Source: an uncultured bacterium
GTDB lineage: Bacteria; Babelota; Babeliae; Babelales; Vermiphilaceae
Length of the DNA: 64,000 nucleotides
Reading direction: 5' to 3'
NCBI GenBank assembly: GCA_963702025.1
Contig: OY969699.1
Span: 1,312,001-1,376,000 of the forward strand
Position numbers and translations under genes: made by a program. Below the pieces are notes generated by a model that was given only the letters and a program-made list of their open reading frames with translations, had not been told where the DNA came from and searched no databases. Positions 1 to 11,941 of the stretch are shown here, piece after piece. The number at the start of each line of letters is the position of its first letter. The stretch's first letter is position 1.

Positions 1-218
1 ATTTTGATCTCTTTTTGGAAATCTGCATTGTTAAATCCACGCTTTGGCAACCGACGATAGAGAGGCATCTGGCCACCCTCATAACCAATACGGACAAATC
101 CGCCGGAACGAGCTTTTTGACCCTTGTGACCCTTACCGGATGTGCCACCGCGAGAACCGCCTCTACCTACTCTTTTTCTTTTTTTAACCAATTTTGTCAG
201 TTTGTGTAAGGTAACCAT
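1..218 (-). CDS. rplO: 50S ribosomal protein L15 (N-terminal part; runs off window start)
   Basis: Manual translation from ATG at 218: [40 protein letters not shown]...[18 protein letters not shown]. The start overlaps the rpsE stop (TAATG). Confidence 0.95.
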   Translation of the reverse strand, partial: MVTLHKLTKLVKKRKRVGRGGSRGGTSGKGHKGQKARSGGFVRIGYEGGQMPLYRRLPKRGFNNADFQKEIK

Positions 219-724
219 TATTTGCTCCCAACAATCTCTGCTACAGTTTTACCACGAAGTTTTGCCAAATCAGCTGCTGATCTCATCTGCGCGAAAGCAT
301 TCAGCGTAGCTTTTGCCACATTTTTTGGGTTAGAAGAGCCAAGCGATTTAGTAAGAACATCTTTTACCCCAGCAGCTTCCATTACTTTACGAACGGCGCC
401 ACCTGCTATTACGCCCGTACCTTTGTAAGCCGGTCGAATAACAACTTTACTTGCACCATGGCGGCCTTTTACATCGTAAGGAACAGTTGTGCCTCGCAAT
501 GTAATGGTGATTAAATTTTTTCGTGCTTGATTAGTTGCTTTTGCTATTGCAAGAGAAACTTCACGACTTTTACCCAACCCTATGCCAACATTACCCTGCT
601 GATCGCCAGAAACAACAAGCGCTGAGAATGAGAATGTTTTACCACCTTTTGTTACTTTCGTAACACGCGCCACATGAACAACATAATCTACAAAATTACT
701 GGCTTTGCTTTTATTTTCTGCCAT
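218..724 (-). CDS. rpsE: 30S ribosomal protein S5
   Basis: [27 protein letters not shown] motifs; spc operon position. Confidence 0.98.
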   Translation of the reverse strand: MAENKSKASNFVDYVVHVARVTKVTKGGKTFSFSALVVSGDQQGNVGIGLGKSREVSLAIAKATNQARKNLITITLRGTTVPYDVKGRHGASKVVIRPAYKGTGVIAGGAVRKVMEAAGVKDVLTKSLGSSNPKNVAKATLNAFAQMRSAADLAKLRGKTVAEIVGSK

Positions 725-751
725 TATTAAACCTTGATTTACTAAACAAAT

Positions 752-1105
752 CTAAACTTTAAGTCCGCCCTCACGTAACCCATCTGCTAACATCTTTACT
801 CTCCCATGATAGAGGAAATGGCCACGATCATAGACTGCTGCAGTAACTCCTAACTCTTTCGCTTTTTTTGCTAAAGCTAGTCCAACGGCATGGGCCTTGG
901 CTTTTTTATCACCTTTTAGTGTGGTCAATTCTGCAGTTGATGCGCTTGCCAATGTAGCTTGCTTGGCATCATCAATCAATTGCGCATATATATGATTTAA
1001 ACTTTTGAAAATCGAAACACGAGGTAATTCAAGGTTTTTTAAACGACTACGCACGCGTAATTTTCGTCGGTTCTTTCTTTGTGCTAATTTTTTAATTAAA
1101 CTCAC
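752..1105 (-). CDS. rplR: 50S ribosomal protein L18
   Basis: HIYAQLIDD, YDRGHFLYHGRVK..ADGLREGGL. Confidence 0.97.
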   Translation of the reverse strand: MSLIKKLAQRKNRRKLRVRSRLKNLELPRVSIFKSLNHIYAQLIDDAKQATLASASTAELTTLKGDKKAKAHAVGLALAKKAKELGVTAAVYDRGHFLYHGRVKMLADGLREGGLKV

Positions 1106-1121
1106 GATTCTATCCTATAAA

Positions 1122-1673
1122 TTAAGCTGCTTTTGTTTTTCCAGCTTTACGTGCAATTGTTTCCGATTCTAGTTTAATACCGGTACCTTTGTATGGTTCA
1201 GGTGGACGCAAAGCTCTCACTTTGCTGCAAACTTGCCCTAGTAGCTCTTTATCACTTGATCGAAATAATAGTTTTTGGCCAGTCTTATCAACTTCAAGCG
1301 AGACTTCTTTAGGAAGATCAAAATCTATTTTATGACTAAACCCCAGTGAGAATACTACTTTATTTCCCGAAACTGCTGCTTTAAAGCCAAGCCCGTTAAT
1401 CTGCACGGCTTTCTCAAATTCTTGCTGGCATCCTTGTATATTATTAGCAAGTAATGCTCTATTTAGCCCCCAGATTCTATTCACATCCTTAGAACTTTTT
1501 CCGGGTATTTTATCACATTTTAAAGAGAGAAGTTTTTCATTAAGCTCGGCAGTTACTCCTTTGGGGAGTGTATACTTACCGGAACCTTTCTTGCCAGAAA
1601 AGCTGATCTCTTGACCATTAATTTCAACTTTTGCCGACCCTATATCAATCGGCTTTCTGCCAATTTTTGACAT
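1122..1673 (-). CDS. rplF: 50S ribosomal protein L6
   Basis: MSKIGRKPI, LGFSH, RPPEPYKGTGI. Confidence 0.98.
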   Translation of the reverse strand: MSKIGRKPIDIGSAKVEINGQEISFSGKKGSGKYTLPKGVTAELNEKLLSLKCDKIPGKSSKDVNRIWGLNRALLANNIQGCQQEFEKAVQINGLGFKAAVSGNKVVFSLGFSHKIDFDLPKEVSLEVDKTGQKLLFRSSDKELLGQVCSKVRALRPPEPYKGTGIKLESETIARKAGKTKAA

Positions 1674-1682
1674 AATTTACCT

Positions 1683-2075
1683 TTACCAAACAGTGCAAAC
1701 AACTTCGCCGCCAATTCCAAGTTCTTTCGCTTTCTTATGAGAAACTACCCCTTTGCTGGTAGTTAAAATAGAAAGTCCTAAACCACCAATAACAGGCTTG
1801 ATTGAAGCTGCACCTTTATAATTTCTTCTGCCAGGCCGACTTACTCTTTTCAAATCGTGAATGACTGATTCGCCATTAACATATTTAAGAAAAATTTTAA
1901 TTGCCTTTTTTCCGTCTTCGTCAATAACCGTAAAATCTTTAATAAAACCTTCTTCTTTTAAAATAGAAGCGATTTCCAATTTTAGCGTTGAGTGCGGAGC
2001 AACAATAAAAGACTTTGATGACATAATACCGTTACGAATAATTGTCAGAAAGTCACCAATTGTATCTATAGACAT
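1683..2075 (-). CDS. rpsH: 30S ribosomal protein S8
   Basis: DTIGDFLTIIRNG, RVSRPGRR, GGEVVCTVW. Confidence 0.98.
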   Translation of the reverse strand: MSIDTIGDFLTIIRNGIMSSKSFIVAPHSTLKLEIASILKEEGFIKDFTVIDEDGKKAIKIFLKYVNGESVIHDLKRVSRPGRRNYKGAASIKPVIGGLGLSILTTSKGVVSHKKAKELGIGGEVVCTVW

Positions 2076-2095
2076 TTTTTACCTTCAACTAAAGT

Positions 2096-2281
2096 TTACC
2101 AACTTGTCTTTTTCACACCGGGAAGCAACCCGTCCAATGCCATTTTTCTAAAGCAAAGGCGACACATCATAAACATTCTCAGATAAGCACGAGGCCTTCC
2201 ACAAAGCTTACAACGATTTTTTTGTCGTGTTGAAAATTTAGGCGGTTGATTTGATTTTTCAATGAGCGCTTTTCTCGCCAT
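2096..2281 (-). CDS. rpsN: 30S ribosomal protein S14, zinc-binding type Z
   Basis: 61 aa, RCKLCGRPR...[16 protein letters not shown]. Confidence 0.97.
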   Translation of the reverse strand: MARKALIEKSNQPPKFSTRQKNRCKLCGRPRAYLRMFMMCRLCFRKMALDGLLPGVKKTSW

Positions 2282-2302
2282 TTTATCATCCTATTATACT
2301 AA

Positions 2303-2848
2303 CTATACTTTACGAAACGGCATTCCGAACGACTTTAATAACTCAACGCCATGCTCATCGGTTAATGCAGTTGTACAAATTGTTACATTCATGCCATGTG
2401 GTTTTTGATTAATGTCATATTCGACTTCGGGAAAAATTGTAATTTCTTTAAGCCCTAAATTATAATTACCTCTACCGTCAAAGGAAGAAGTAACGCCCTG
2501 AAAGTCTCTGGTTTTAGGCAATGATAAGTTGATAAGCTTATCCAAAAAATTGTACATGTTCTTTTTTCTCATTGTAACCATTACACCGATCGGCATACCA
2601 TCTCTTAACTTAAAGCTTGCAATAGATTTTCTAGCAAGCGTTTTAACCGGTGCCTGACCAGATATTTTTGCAATGCTATCGATGACTGTTTGCAACACTT
2701 TACTGTCACCAACAGCATCTTTAACACCCACATTTAATACGATCTTGGTTACCTTGGGAATTTCCATTATATTTTTTAACCCAAGTTTTTTTTGTAACTC
2801 CGGTCGTATTTTGCTGACATATAATTCTTCAAGCCGAGCTTTACTCAT
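2303..2848 (-). CDS. rplE: 50S ribosomal protein L5
   Basis: KIVLNVGV, ARKSIASFKLR, FDGRGNYNLG. Confidence 0.98.
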   Translation of the reverse strand: MSKARLEELYVSKIRPELQKKLGLKNIMEIPKVTKIVLNVGVKDAVGDSKVLQTVIDSIAKISGQAPVKTLARKSIASFKLRDGMPIGVMVTMRKKNMYNFLDKLINLSLPKTRDFQGVTSSFDGRGNYNLGLKEITIFPEVEYDINQKPHGMNVTICTTALTDEHGVELLKSFGMPFRKV

Positions 2849-2875
2849 GGTACTTATTTTCCTATAAGCGTTAAT

Positions 2876-3190
2876 TTAAAATATTTCTTCACAGCGGTTG
2901 CAAGTACGCTCTCTTTTGCCATCTTCTAAAAGACGGGTATTTATGCGGGATGGCTTTTTACAAGCAGTACATACCGGCATTACCATAGAAGTATTAATGT
3001 ATGACTCTTCTTTTTTTATACCAGGAACATCGCCTTGCTTACGAGCCTTTACATGTCGAGTCTTTAGCGCAATCCCTTTTACCAATACTTTACCTTTTTT
3101 TGGTAAAACTTCAATCACTGTGCCATTTTTATCTTTATCTTTTCCGGATAAAACAACAACCGTATCGTTTTTCTTTATTCGTGCAACCAT
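2876..3190 (-). CDS. rplX: 50S ribosomal protein L24 (CxxC...CxxC form)
   Basis: IKKNDTVVVLSGKDK KOW motif; CTAC and CNRC. Confidence 0.97.
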   Translation of the reverse strand: MVARIKKNDTVVVLSGKDKDKNGTVIEVLPKKGKVLVKGIALKTRHVKARKQGDVPGIKKEESYINTSMVMPVCTACKKPSRINTRLLEDGKRERTCNRCEEIF

Positions 3191-3203
3191 ATCACGTATT
3201 CCT

Positions 3204-3584
3204 TTATATAACCTCAGGCGCTAACGACACAATTTTTGAGTAACCCTTTGCGCGCAATTCACGTGCAATAGGTCCGAAAATACGGGTCCCGACTGGCTCT
3301 TTTTCACCCTTTTCGCCCTTAACGATAACCGCAGCATTTTCACCAAAACTAATGTATGAACCATCATCACGTTTGAACGGTTTTCTAACCCGGACAATAA
3401 CGGCTTCTACAACATCTTTTTTCTTAACTGCCTGTCCTGGGATAGCCTCTTTAACGGCACACTTAACTAAATCGCCCAATTCAGCGCATTTTTTGCCGGT
3501 GCTACCAACTATTGAGATCACTCTCATTGCTTTAGCACCCGAATTATCCGCAACTTCTAAGTTAGTTTCTTTTTGAATACTCAT
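3204..3584 (-). CDS. rplN: 50S ribosomal protein L14
   Basis: [30 protein letters not shown]. Confidence 0.98.
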   Translation of the reverse strand: MSIQKETNLEVADNSGAKAMRVISIVGSTGKKCAELGDLVKCAVKEAIPGQAVKKKDVVEAVIVRVRKPFKRDDGSYISFGENAAVIVKGEKGEKEPVGTRIFGPIARELRAKGYSKIVSLAPEVI

Positions 3585-3862
3585 GCAATCTCTCCCGCAG
3601 CTGCCGGTTTGATAACTTGTTTAAGATACATGTATTTCGTTTTTGAAACCGGGCGACCTTCAAAGAACTCAACAAGATCGCCTACTTGCGCCTGTTCTTT
3701 CTCATCATGCACTTTATACTTTTTCGAAGTTTTCATTATTTTTGAAAACTCTTTTTGTACAAAGGTTCGCTCGGTCTGAACGACTATTGTTTTGTTCATT
3801 TTATCCGAAATAACCGTACCTGTGTAGGTACGCTTTACTTTCTTCTGGGCTGCCGTATTCAT
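3581..3862 (-). CDS. rpsQ: 30S ribosomal protein S17
   Basis: [28 protein letters not shown]. Confidence 0.97.
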   Translation of the reverse strand: MNTAAQKKVKRTYTGTVISDKMNKTIVVQTERTFVQKEFSKIMKTSKKYKVHDEKEQAQVGDLVEFFEGRPVSKTKYMYLKQVIKPAAAGEIA

Positions 3863-4062
3863 TTAACACCTTTTTGGCTCAACATTGTTAAGATACGAGC
3901 AATGTTTTTTCGGCTTTTTCTGAATTGTGAATAATCCTTAACATGGGATGTCGAGGAATTCAGCCGTAAACTAAAATGATCGCGTCTCAACGCATCGAGC
4001 TTCCCAATTAGCTCTTGTATATTTAATTCGCTTAGTTCTTTTTTAAAATTACCGGTTTTCAT
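3859..4062 (-). CDS. rpmC: 50S ribosomal protein L29
   Basis: FSLRL...RKNIARILT; lies between rplP and rpsQ; start set at ATG 4062. Confidence 0.93.
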   Translation of the reverse strand: MKTGNFKKELSELNIQELIGKLDALRRDHFSLRLNSSTSHVKDYSQFRKSRKNIARILTMLSQKGVK

Positions 4063-4078
4063 TCTATAACCACCAACG

Positions 4079-4504
4079 TTATTCTGTGACTGCAAGAGTC
4101 GATTTTTTCACAAACTTAGTTTTTAAGGGCAATTTATAAGTAGCAGTTTTAAGAGCCACCCTTGCCTCAGCTTCGGTCATTCCTGCAACTTCACAAATTA
4201 TTCGCTCACGCTTAACCACCGCAACCCACAACTCAGGATTACCTTTTCCTTTACCCATACGAGTTTCAGCTGGTTTCTTGGTAACCGGCTTGTCGGGAAA
4301 AATGCGCAAATAGAATTTACCCGTTTTTGTCAACTTACGCGCTACAGTAATTCGCATAGACTCAATTTGTTGAGCAGTAATTCTACACGGCTCCACCGCT
4401 TGCAATCCATACTCACCAAAGGCAACTTCGCGGGCTCCTTTAGAGATACCCTTCATGTTACCTTTTTGAACTTTTCTAAATTTTGTTTTTTTGGGCATCA
4501 ACAT
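4079..4504 (-). CDS. rplP: 50S ribosomal protein L16
   Basis: [33 protein letters not shown]. Confidence 0.98.
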   Translation of the reverse strand: MLMPKKTKFRKVQKGNMKGISKGAREVAFGEYGLQAVEPCRITAQQIESMRITVARKLTKTGKFYLRIFPDKPVTKKPAETRMGKGKGNPELWVAVVKRERIICEVAGMTEAEARVALKTATYKLPLKTKFVKKSTLAVTE

Positions 4505-4516
4505 GTTTGTATCCTA

Positions 4517-5155
4517 CTAATTAGCCGCGTGCTGGTATTCGCCTTTACAGATCCATACCTTAACACCAATAATACCGTATGTGGTTTTTGCTTCGGCCAA
4601 GCCATAATCAACGTCGGAGCGAAGAGTATGCAATGGAATTGAACCAACCCGTGTCCATTCTTCACGCGCAATTTCAGCACCATTCAATCGTCCAGAGCAG
4701 CATACTTTTATACCTTTAGCGCCACTTTTCATGGCAGATATTGCCGCACGCTTCATTGCCTTTTTAAAACTGCCACGTTTAACGAGCTGTTCAGCAATAT
4801 TTTTTGCAACCAGAACAGCGTCAATTTCCGGAGATTTAACTTCTTGTACGGAGATTTCGACGTTTTTCTTATTTAATCTGCGAGCAATTTCATTTCGCAA
4901 AGATTCAATTTCTTGACCCTTTTTTCCAATAACAACACCAGGACGGCCTGAATGTATAGTTATTCGAATATTGTCGCCCGCCTTCTCAATTTCAATTTTA
5001 GAAATTTCAGCGTTCTCTAAAGCAGTATTGAGAAATTGACGAATTTTAACGTCTTCTAATACTTCTTTTCCATATGATTTTCGCGCAAACCAGCGAGAAT
5101 CCCAAAAACGATAAATACCTAATCTAAATCCAACCGGATTAACCTTTTGTCCCAC
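4517..5155 (-). CDS. rpsC: 30S ribosomal protein S3
   Basis: [33 protein letters not shown]. Confidence 0.98.
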   Translation of the reverse strand: MGQKVNPVGFRLGIYRFWDSRWFARKSYGKEVLEDVKIRQFLNTALENAEISKIEIEKAGDNIRITIHSGRPGVVIGKKGQEIESLRNEIARRLNKKNVEISVQEVKSPEIDAVLVAKNIAEQLVKRGSFKKAMKRAAISAMKSGAKGIKVCCSGRLNGAEIAREEWTRVGSIPLHTLRSDVDYGLAEAKTTYGIIGVKVWICKGEYQHAAN

Positions 5156-5501
5156 GCTTATCCTTGTTTGTTACAGGTTCAACAATAACACTCATGTGGC
5201 TCAAACGCTTTCTATATATATTCGCACGACCCATTGCTCCTGGCTTAAAATAGCGGAACATAGGACCTTGATCAATCCGTATATCGGTAATAACTAGATC
5301 ACGCGAATCAAGATTCTGTAAAGATTTTGCATTTGCAGCTGCTGATTCTATCATTTTTTGAATTGGCACAGCCTTCTTCAGTGCGCATGTGCTCAGCCAA
5401 TTCAAGGCATAGGCAACATTTTTGCCGCGTACAACGTCGGCCAAAGGCCTCATTTTGTACTGCGAAACGCGAACATAGCGAGCTTTTGCGGTAAATTGCA
5501 T
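5139..5501 (-). CDS. rplV: 50S ribosomal protein L22
   Basis: [23 protein letters not shown]; start ATG 5501 or TTG 5507. Confidence 0.96.
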   Translation of the reverse strand: MQFTAKARYVRVSQYKMRPLADVVRGKNVAYALNWLSTCALKKAVPIQKMIESAAANAKSLQNLDSRDLVITDIRIDQGPMFRYFKPGAMGRANIYRKRLSHMSVIVEPVTNKDKRGTKG

Positions 5502-5589
5502 GCTCAAACCTCAAGTATTACTTTTAATTGTACACTAATTACTTTTGTTATTTAATATTAATTTATCCGATTTCCCGTAAACGGGCAAT

Positions 5590-5886
5590 CTATTTCTCTT
5601 CAGCAGTGGCGGTAGCACCAGCTTGTCTTTGCCCACTGTGTACTCGGAAAGTACGGGTTGGGGCAAATTCACCAAGATAATGACCCACCATGTTTTCCGT
5701 TACAAAAACAGAAACAAACTTTTTTCCGTTATGAACAGCGATCGTAAGCCCAACAAATTCAGGCAAAACCATCGATCTTCGAGACCATGTTTTAATAACA
5801 TCTCGCTTACCTGATGACTTAACTTTCTGAATCTTTTCCATTAAAGACGGCTGTACGTAAGGACCTTTCTTTGCGGATCTTGCCAT
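5590..5886 (-). CDS. rpsS: 30S ribosomal protein S19
   Basis: [25 protein letters not shown]. Confidence 0.98.
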   Translation of the reverse strand: MARSAKKGPYVQPSLMEKIQKVKSSGKRDVIKTWSRRSMVLPEFVGLTIAVHNGKKFVSVFVTENMVGHYLGEFAPTRTFRVHSGQRQAGATATAEEK

Positions 5887-5897
5887 TATAGTTATCC

Positions 5898-6713
5898 TTA
5901 TTTTCTTCGTTTAATTATTAGTGGATTTTTTCGGGTTCTAGTTTTGGTTCCCTTGCATCCCTTACCCCAGGGAGTCATAGGATGTGAACCCGATTTTGAA
6001 CGCCCTTCACCACCACCATGCGGGTGATCAACAGGATTCATAGCCATACCACGAACAGAAGAACGCCATCCACGATATCGGGTTCTGCCCGCTTTACCCC
6101 AATTGATGTTTTGATACTCAGCATTGCCAAGAACACCAATGGTTGCCCAGCAGTTAATCGGCACCATTCTTATTTCACCGGAAGGCATTTTAAGAGTTGC
6201 ATAATCATCAGTTTTTGCCATGAGCTGAACTGATGCACCGGCGCTTCGCGCCAATTTGCCGCCCGAACCCGGGGTAATTTCTATATTATGCAGCTGAAAG
6301 CCAACGGGAATGCTACGAATAGGTAAACAATTTCCAGTACGGGCCTCAACGTTTTCTCCGGCAAGAACCGTATTGCCGACACCCAATCCTTCAGGAAGCA
6401 AAATATATTTTTTTGAACCATTTGCGTAGAATACCAACCCAATACGAACATTTCGATTAGGGTCATATTCGACGGCGACCACTTTTCCCGGCACATCGCG
6501 TTCTATGCGTTTGAAATCAATCATACGATATTTTTGAAACGCGCCGCCACCCGTATGACGAACGGTTATACGCCCATATGCGTTACGACCGCCCTTTTTT
6601 CGTAAACCGCGCACCAAGCTTTTTTCAGGTGATTTTTTTGTAATATCACTAGTATCTAAAAAAGTTTGAAAACGAAGCGAAGAATTACGAGGTCTTTTTG
6701 TTATCATTGCCAT
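5898..6713 (-). CDS. rplB: 50S ribosomal protein L2
   Basis: [32 protein letters not shown]. Confidence 0.98.
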   Translation of the reverse strand: MAMITKRPRNSSLRFQTFLDTSDITKKSPEKSLVRGLRKKGGRNAYGRITVRHTGGGAFQKYRMIDFKRIERDVPGKVVAVEYDPNRNVRIGLVFYANGSKKYILLPEGLGVGNTVLAGENVEARTGNCLPIRSIPVGFQLHNIEITPGSGGKLARSAGASVQLMAKTDDYATLKMPSGEIRMVPINCWATIGVLGNAEYQNINWGKAGRTRYRGWRSSVRGMAMNPVDHPHGGGEGRSKSGSHPMTPWGKGCKGTKTRTRKNPLIIKRRK

Positions 6714-6722
6714 TGTAGTACC

Positions 6723-7058
6723 TTATTCTTTCTTAGACGCTTGGGCAGACGCTATGTTAGTTCCTGCTTGATCGATAAAATCAAGAGAGTAACCATCGGC
6801 CAAAGTAACGATTGCTCGTTTGGATAGTTTACCGGTTGTTTCTTTACCCCCGCGCATCCGTCTCTTTTTGCCCTTACGAACAACAATGCTCACTTTATCC
6901 ACCTTTACGCTAAATAGCTTTTCAAGGGCTTCTTTAACCATCGGCTTGTTCGCTTTTGGATGCACTTTTAATGCAAGCTTCTTAAAAAGCTTATTGAGCT
7001 TATAGGCTTTATCGGAAATAACCGGCCCGATTATAATATCATAAATACTTAAATCCAT
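6723..7058 (-). CDS. rplW: 50S ribosomal protein L23
   Basis: PVISDKA, ANKPMVKEALEKLFSVKV, KRAIVTL. Confidence 0.96.
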   Translation of the reverse strand: MDLSIYDIIIGPVISDKAYKLNKLFKKLALKVHPKANKPMVKEALEKLFSVKVDKVSIVVRKGKKRRMRGGKETTGKLSKRAIVTLADGYSLDFIDQAGTNIASAQASKKE

Positions 7059-7699
7059 TGTGAAACCATTTTTTTAAAGTGCTCAAAATCTTTTTTAAGA
7101 ACAAGCCATTGTGTTCCATTTGACAAATCGAATGCATTCGGCTGATCAAAATACAAAATACGAATATTTGGGATATTCGCAAATGATGCATGATTTACCG
7201 CATCATTTGCCGTCAAAAATAGCACTACCTTATCTTGATGCAATCCTGAATTCTTTAACAATTTATAGGCTGCTGAGGTGCTTGGCTTTTCAGTTGCATC
7301 CCAATTAGCCATAACTACTTTGCTATTATCCAAATAATCAAACAAAATGGCATTGAGAACATTTCGTTTAACCTGCTTATCGGCTTTTAATACACGTGTT
7401 CTTGGTTGGGGACCAAAAATAACCCCACCGCCTCGCCATAATGGTGAACGGGCCGATCCGGCTCGCGCTCTACCGGTACCTTTTTGTTTCCACGGTTTTT
7501 TATTTGAATAGGCAACATCGGAGCGTCCTTTACACGCTACCGTTCCTTGTCGCCAATTCTGTAATAATGATCGGATGTAAATAGCTGAAGATTCAGCCGA
7601 AACATCTTTGCGTGCCTCTTGCATAGATAAGTCAGCAGCAGTAATTGGCTGAAGTGCTGAAGCAGTATTTTCTGTAGCTGTTACTTTACGCTTAGTCAT
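7049..7699 (-). CDS. rplD: 50S ribosomal protein L4
   Basis: KPWKQKGTGRARAGSARSPLWRGGGVIFGP. Confidence 0.97.
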   Translation of the reverse strand: MTKRKVTATENTASALQPITAADLSMQEARKDVSAESSAIYIRSLLQNWRQGTVACKGRSDVAYSNKKPWKQKGTGRARAGSARSPLWRGGGVIFGPQPRTRVLKADKQVKRNVLNAILFDYLDNSKVVMANWDATEKPSTSAAYKLLKNSGLHQDKVVLFLTANDAVNHASFANIPNIRILYFDQPNAFDLSNGTQWLVLKKDFEHFKKMVSQWI

Positions 7700-7701
7700 A
7701 A

Positions 7702-8325
7702 TTACCCCACTGATTTTCTAATACAAAGAAGCGAACCTGATTTCCCCGGAACTGAACCTTTAACAAAGATGACATTGGCATCTTTATCAACAGAAACAAT
7801 CTCAAGGTTTTTCATCACCACGGCATCTACACCCATATGACCAGGAAATTTCTTTCCTTTAATGATTCGTCCTTGCGATCTATAAGAGCTGCTTGAACCA
7901 GGACGTTTACCCATAGTTGAACCGTGACTACCCGGAGGACCATTAAAATCATGACGTTTGACAACACCGGCAAAACCTCGTCCGATTGTTGTTCCCAAGA
8001 CATCAACTGATTCCCCTGGATTCACTAAACTATTAAAGTCGAAAGCCGTACCAACCTCAAAGGCATTAACATCACCCTCAACAGCAACTTCTTTTACATG
8101 ATAAAAGTGCTTGTTGAGTTCGGTAAGCCATTCTTTATCAAACTGCTTAGCGGCATAACGATCTTTTAAGAGTCCAACCTGTATAGCCTCATATCCATCG
8201 CGCTCTTTTGTTTTCTTATTGGTAACAAACCATTGTGAAATATCAATGGCCGTTACCGGAACAACTTTATTTTGGGCAAAGAGCTGCGTCATTCCTATTT
8301 TTTTACCCCATATTCTTGCTGACAT
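7702..8325 (-). CDS. rplC: 50S ribosomal protein L3
   Basis: GKKIGMTQ, DGYEAIQ, GRGFAGVVKRH, KGSVPG. Confidence 0.97.
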   Translation of the reverse strand: MSARIWGKKIGMTQLFAQNKVVPVTAIDISQWFVTNKKTKERDGYEAIQVGLLKDRYAAKQFDKEWLTELNKHFYHVKEVAVEGDVNAFEVGTAFDFNSLVNPGESVDVLGTTIGRGFAGVVKRHDFNGPPGSHGSTMGKRPGSSSSYRSQGRIIKGKKFPGHMGVDAVVMKNLEIVSVDKDANVIFVKGSVPGKSGSLLCIRKSVG

Positions 8326-8337
8326 AGAATGACCTCT

Positions 8338-8643
8338 TTACTTAATTTCCACATCAACGCCAGAAGATATGCTCAATTTCATCAATGCATCCATTGTTTG
8401 ATCGGATGGTGAGACAATATCAAGAATACGGCAATGAGTAGTTAATTCAAATTGTTCGCGTGATTTTTTATCGATATGAGGAGATCTCAGAACAGTAAAA
8501 CAACGTTTCTTATTAGGAAGAGGAACAGGTCCCATAAGTTGGGAACCTGTTCTTTTAACTGTAGAAACAATCTGTTTAGTTGCTTTATCGAGTAACTGAT
8601 GATCGTACGATTTCAATGTTAAACGAATTTTTTGTTTTTTCAT
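8338..8643 (-). CDS. rpsJ: 30S ribosomal protein S10
   Basis: [30 protein letters not shown]; start set at ATG 8643. Confidence 0.97.
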   Translation of the reverse strand: MKKQKIRLTLKSYDHQLLDKATKQIVSTVKRTGSQLMGPVPLPNKKRCFTVLRSPHIDKKSREQFELTTHCRILDIVSPSDQTMDALMKLSISSGVDVEIK

Positions 8644-8656
8644 TTTAACATCCAAA

Positions 8657-9844
8657 CTATTTAATGATTTCAGTTACAACACCAGAGCCAACCGTTCTGC
8701 CACCTTCACGGATTGCAAAACGAAGGTCTTTATCCATAGCAACGCTTGCAATTAACTCGACGGTTAAGTCAACGTTATCGCCAGGCATTACCATTTCTCG
8801 ACCAGCAGGCAACGTAACCACACCGGTCACATCTGTTGTTCTGAAATAAAATTGAGGTTTATATCCATTAAAGAAAGGACTATGACGGCCACCTTCTTCT
8901 TTGCTCAAAATATACACTTTGGCTTTGAATTTTTCATGAGGATTAATAGAACCCGGTTTAGCAAGAACCATTCCGCGTTCTATTTCTTCTTTTTTAAGTC
9001 CTCGAAGGAGCAATCCAGCATTATCCCCTGCTTGACCTTCAGAAAGTTCTTTACGGAACATTTCTACGCCGGTCACCACAGTTTTAAGACGTTTGCCGAA
9101 GCCAATCACTTCAACTTCTTCGCCAATCTTAACTTTTCCTTGTTCAATTCTTCCGGTAGCAACGGTACCACGACCAGCAATTGAGAAGACTGATTCAATA
9201 GGCATCAAGAAAGGCTTTTCAATATCACGCTTTGGTTCAGGTATATAGGAATCTAATGCATCAACTAATTTTTGCATTGCGCCATAGCCAAGATCGCCCT
9301 TATCGCCGCCCATTGCTTTGAGTGCAGAGCCACGAATTACGGGAATTTGATCGCCGGGGAAATCGTATTTTTTTAACAAATCACGTATTTCTTCTTCGAC
9401 CATATCAACCATTTCAGGGTCACCAACCATGTCAACTTTATTCAAGAAGACAACCAATGCAGGAACACCAACGTTTTTAGCCAAAACAATGTGCTCACGA
9501 GTTTGAGGCATCGCGCCATCTGAAGCAGAAACAACAAGAATTCCGCCGTCCATTTGTGCGGCACCGGTGATCATGTTTTTAACATAGTCAGCGTGTCCCG
9601 GACAGTCAACGTGCGCATAGTGACGTTTTTCTGATTCATACTCAACGTGTGAAGTTGCAATGGTAATACCACGTGCTTTTTCTTCAGGCGCGTTATCGAT
9701 TGAATCATATCCTCTAAAATTTGCTAAACCTTTTTCCGATAGGAATTTAGTAATCGCTGCAGTTAAGGTTGTTTTACCATGGTCAACGTGACCAATGGTT
9801 CCTACGTTTAAATGCGGCTTTTTACGTTCAAATTTACCTGCCAT
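8657..9844 (-). CDS. tuf: Elongation factor Tu
   Basis: [32 protein letters not shown]. Confidence 0.99.
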   Translation of the reverse strand: MAGKFERKKPHLNVGTIGHVDHGKTTLTAAITKFLSEKGLANFRGYDSIDNAPEEKARGITIATSHVEYESEKRHYAHVDCPGHADYVKNMITGAAQMDGGILVVSASDGAMPQTREHIVLAKNVGVPALVVFLNKVDMVGDPEMVDMVEEEIRDLLKKYDFPGDQIPVIRGSALKAMGGDKGDLGYGAMQKLVDALDSYIPEPKRDIEKPFLMPIESVFSIAGRGTVATGRIEQGKVKIGEEVEVIGFGKRLKTVVTGVEMFRKELSEGQAGDNAGLLLRGLKKEEIERGMVLAKPGSINPHEKFKAKVYILSKEEGGRHSPFFNGYKPQFYFRTTDVTGVVTLPAGREMVMPGDNVDLTVELIASVAMDKDLRFAIREGGRTVGSGVVTEIIK

Positions 9845-9867
9845 CGTTTCTCCTGTAACTAAATAAA

Positions 9868-11928
9868 CTATTTGTTTTTAACAACGGACTCTTCAATATT
9901 CTTCGGAGCCTCACTATAATGCTTAAACTCCATCGAATAACTTGCGCGACCTTTGGTCATAGAGCGCAACTCTGTCGCATAACCAAACATTTCACCAAGT
10001 GGAACCTCTGCGGTAATAACCTGGTTACTGCTTCGCACTTCCATTCCTTGGATCTTGCCCCGCTTGGAGCTAATCGCCCCCATTACATCTCCCATATATT
10101 CTTCTGGCGTTTCAACTTCAACTTGCATTATAGGTTCAAGTAATACTGGCGTAGCTTTGGCCATGCCACTCTTAAAGGCCATTGATGCAGCGATTTTAAA
10201 TGCCATTTCTGATGAGTCAACGTCGTGATAAGAACCGTCATAGACCGTTGCTTTAACGTCTACTACCGGATACCCACCCAAGATTCCCGTTGTAATGGCC
10301 TCTTCAAGACCTTTTTCAACGGCAGGTATATATTCACGCGGTATCGATCCACCGACAACACCGTTTACAAATTCGAAACCTTTTCCTCTTTCTTGAGGTT
10401 CAAGCTTGATCCAGACATGACCATATTGTCCACGGCCACCCGATTGACGAATAAACTTACCTTCAACCTCTACCGGTTTCTTGATAGTTTCTTTATACGC
10501 AACCTGCAGTTTTCCCTGTACAACATCAATTTTGTGATCACGTTTTAAAAGATCCACTTTAATTTCTAAGTGAAGTTCACCCATTCCTTCAATAACAGTT
10601 TGTGCTGTTTCTTCATTGTATGAAAATCTAAAGGATGGATCTTCTTGCATGAGCTTGCGAAGCGTAAGCACCATTTTTTCATAATCAGCTTTGTTCTTCG
10701 GTTCAATCGAAGCAGAAATTACCGGAGCCGGAATATCGATCGACTCTAAAAACATCACTTTGCCTTCTTGGCATAATGTGTCACCGGTAGTCGCTTCTTT
10801 TACCCCAACAATCGCCGCAATGTCTCCAGCCTGAATCGAATCAATTTCTTCACGCTGATTGGCATGCATACGCACCAAACGGCTTACCCGCTCTTTAGAG
10901 CGTGAACGTGAATTATAAACGTAGGATCCAGCCTTTAATTCGCCCGAGTAAACTCGTATAAAGTTCAGAACACCTACAAAAGGATCAGTCATAATTTTAA
11001 AGACCAATGCGTAGAATGGTGCTTTTGGATCTGAAGGGATTTGCACTTCCTGTTTGTCATCATTAGTACCAATAACTGGTGGCCTATCAATAGGAGACGG
11101 TAAATAATCAACTACCGCATCAAGAATAAGCTGAACACCTTTATTTTTAAAAGCAGTACCACAAAATGCCGGCACAATTTTACGGGCAATCACCCCTTTG
11201 CGCAGCGCAGCTTTAATTTCGGGTAAAGAAATTTCTTGTTCATTCAGAAATTTTTCAGCAACTACATCATCAACTTCAGCAGCAGCTTCAATTATCTTGG
11301 CACGCAGTTCTTTAATTTTATCTGCATATTCCGCAGGAGCATCTTTTAGAACGACCTCTGAACCCATTTCCCCTTCAAAGGTTGCCATTTTCTCCGTCAA
11401 GACATCAATAATTGCATGAAAATCTTCTGAAACGCCGACAGCAATTTGCATTGCAACCGCATTCGCGCCCAACTTATTTTTGATATCCGCTACAACGCGA
11501 GGAAAATCGGCGCCGATGCGATCCATTTTATTGACGAAAATAAGCCTTGGTACATGATAACGATTTGCCTGACGCCATACCGTTTCAGATTGTGGCTGAA
11601 CTCCATCAACACCGCTAAATACCGCGATCACACCATCGAGTACGCGTAAAGAACGCCCAACTTCAATGGTAAAATCAACGTGTCCGGGAGTATCAATCAC
11701 GTTAATATGGTAATTTTTCCACGTACACGTTGTCGCCGCTGATGTGATGGTTATACCGCGCTCACGCTCTTGCACCATCCAATCCATAGTGGTTTCACCC
11801 TCGTGAACCTCACCTATTTTATGGGTGATACCGGTATAAAAAAGTATTCGCTCAGTGACAGTCGTTTTACCCGCATCAATATGCGCGGCAATCCCGATAT
11901 TTCTATAACGATCTAATGGAGTGCTCAT
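9868..11928 (-). CDS. fusA: Elongation factor G
   Basis: [35 protein letters not shown]. Confidence 0.99.
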   Translation of the reverse strand: MSTPLDRYRNIGIAAHIDAGKTTVTERILFYTGITHKIGEVHEGETTMDWMVQERERGITITSAATTCTWKNYHINVIDTPGHVDFTIEVGRSLRVLDGVIAVFSGVDGVQPQSETVWRQANRYHVPRLIFVNKMDRIGADFPRVVADIKNKLGANAVAMQIAVGVSEDFHAIIDVLTEKMATFEGEMGSEVVLKDAPAEYADKIKELRAKIIEAAAEVDDVVAEKFLNEQEISLPEIKAALRKGVIARKIVPAFCGTAFKNKGVQLILDAVVDYLPSPIDRPPVIGTNDDKQEVQIPSDPKAPFYALVFKIMTDPFVGVLNFIRVYSGELKAGSYVYNSRSRSKERVSRLVRMHANQREEIDSIQAGDIAAIVGVKEATTGDTLCQEGKVMFLESIDIPAPVISASIEPKNKADYEKMVLTLRKLMQEDPSFRFSYNEETAQTVIEGMGELHLEIKVDLLKRDHKIDVVQGKLQVAYKETIKKPVEVEGKFIRQSGGRGQYGHVWIKLEPQERGKGFEFVNGVVGGSIPREYIPAVEKGLEEAITTGILGGYPVVDVKATVYDGSYHDVDSSEMAFKIAASMAFKSGMAKATPVLLEPIMQVEVETPEEYMGDVMGAISSKRGKIQGMEVRSSNQVITAEVPLGEMFGYATELRSMTKGRASYSMEFKHYSEAPKNIEESVVKNK

Positions 11929-11941
11929 TGTTCACCTTCAT

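Noticed and set aside
15..11649. Numerous short plus-strand ORFs over the ribosomal cluster
   Set aside because: Antisense shadows of highly conserved genes, with no SD or recognisable domains.
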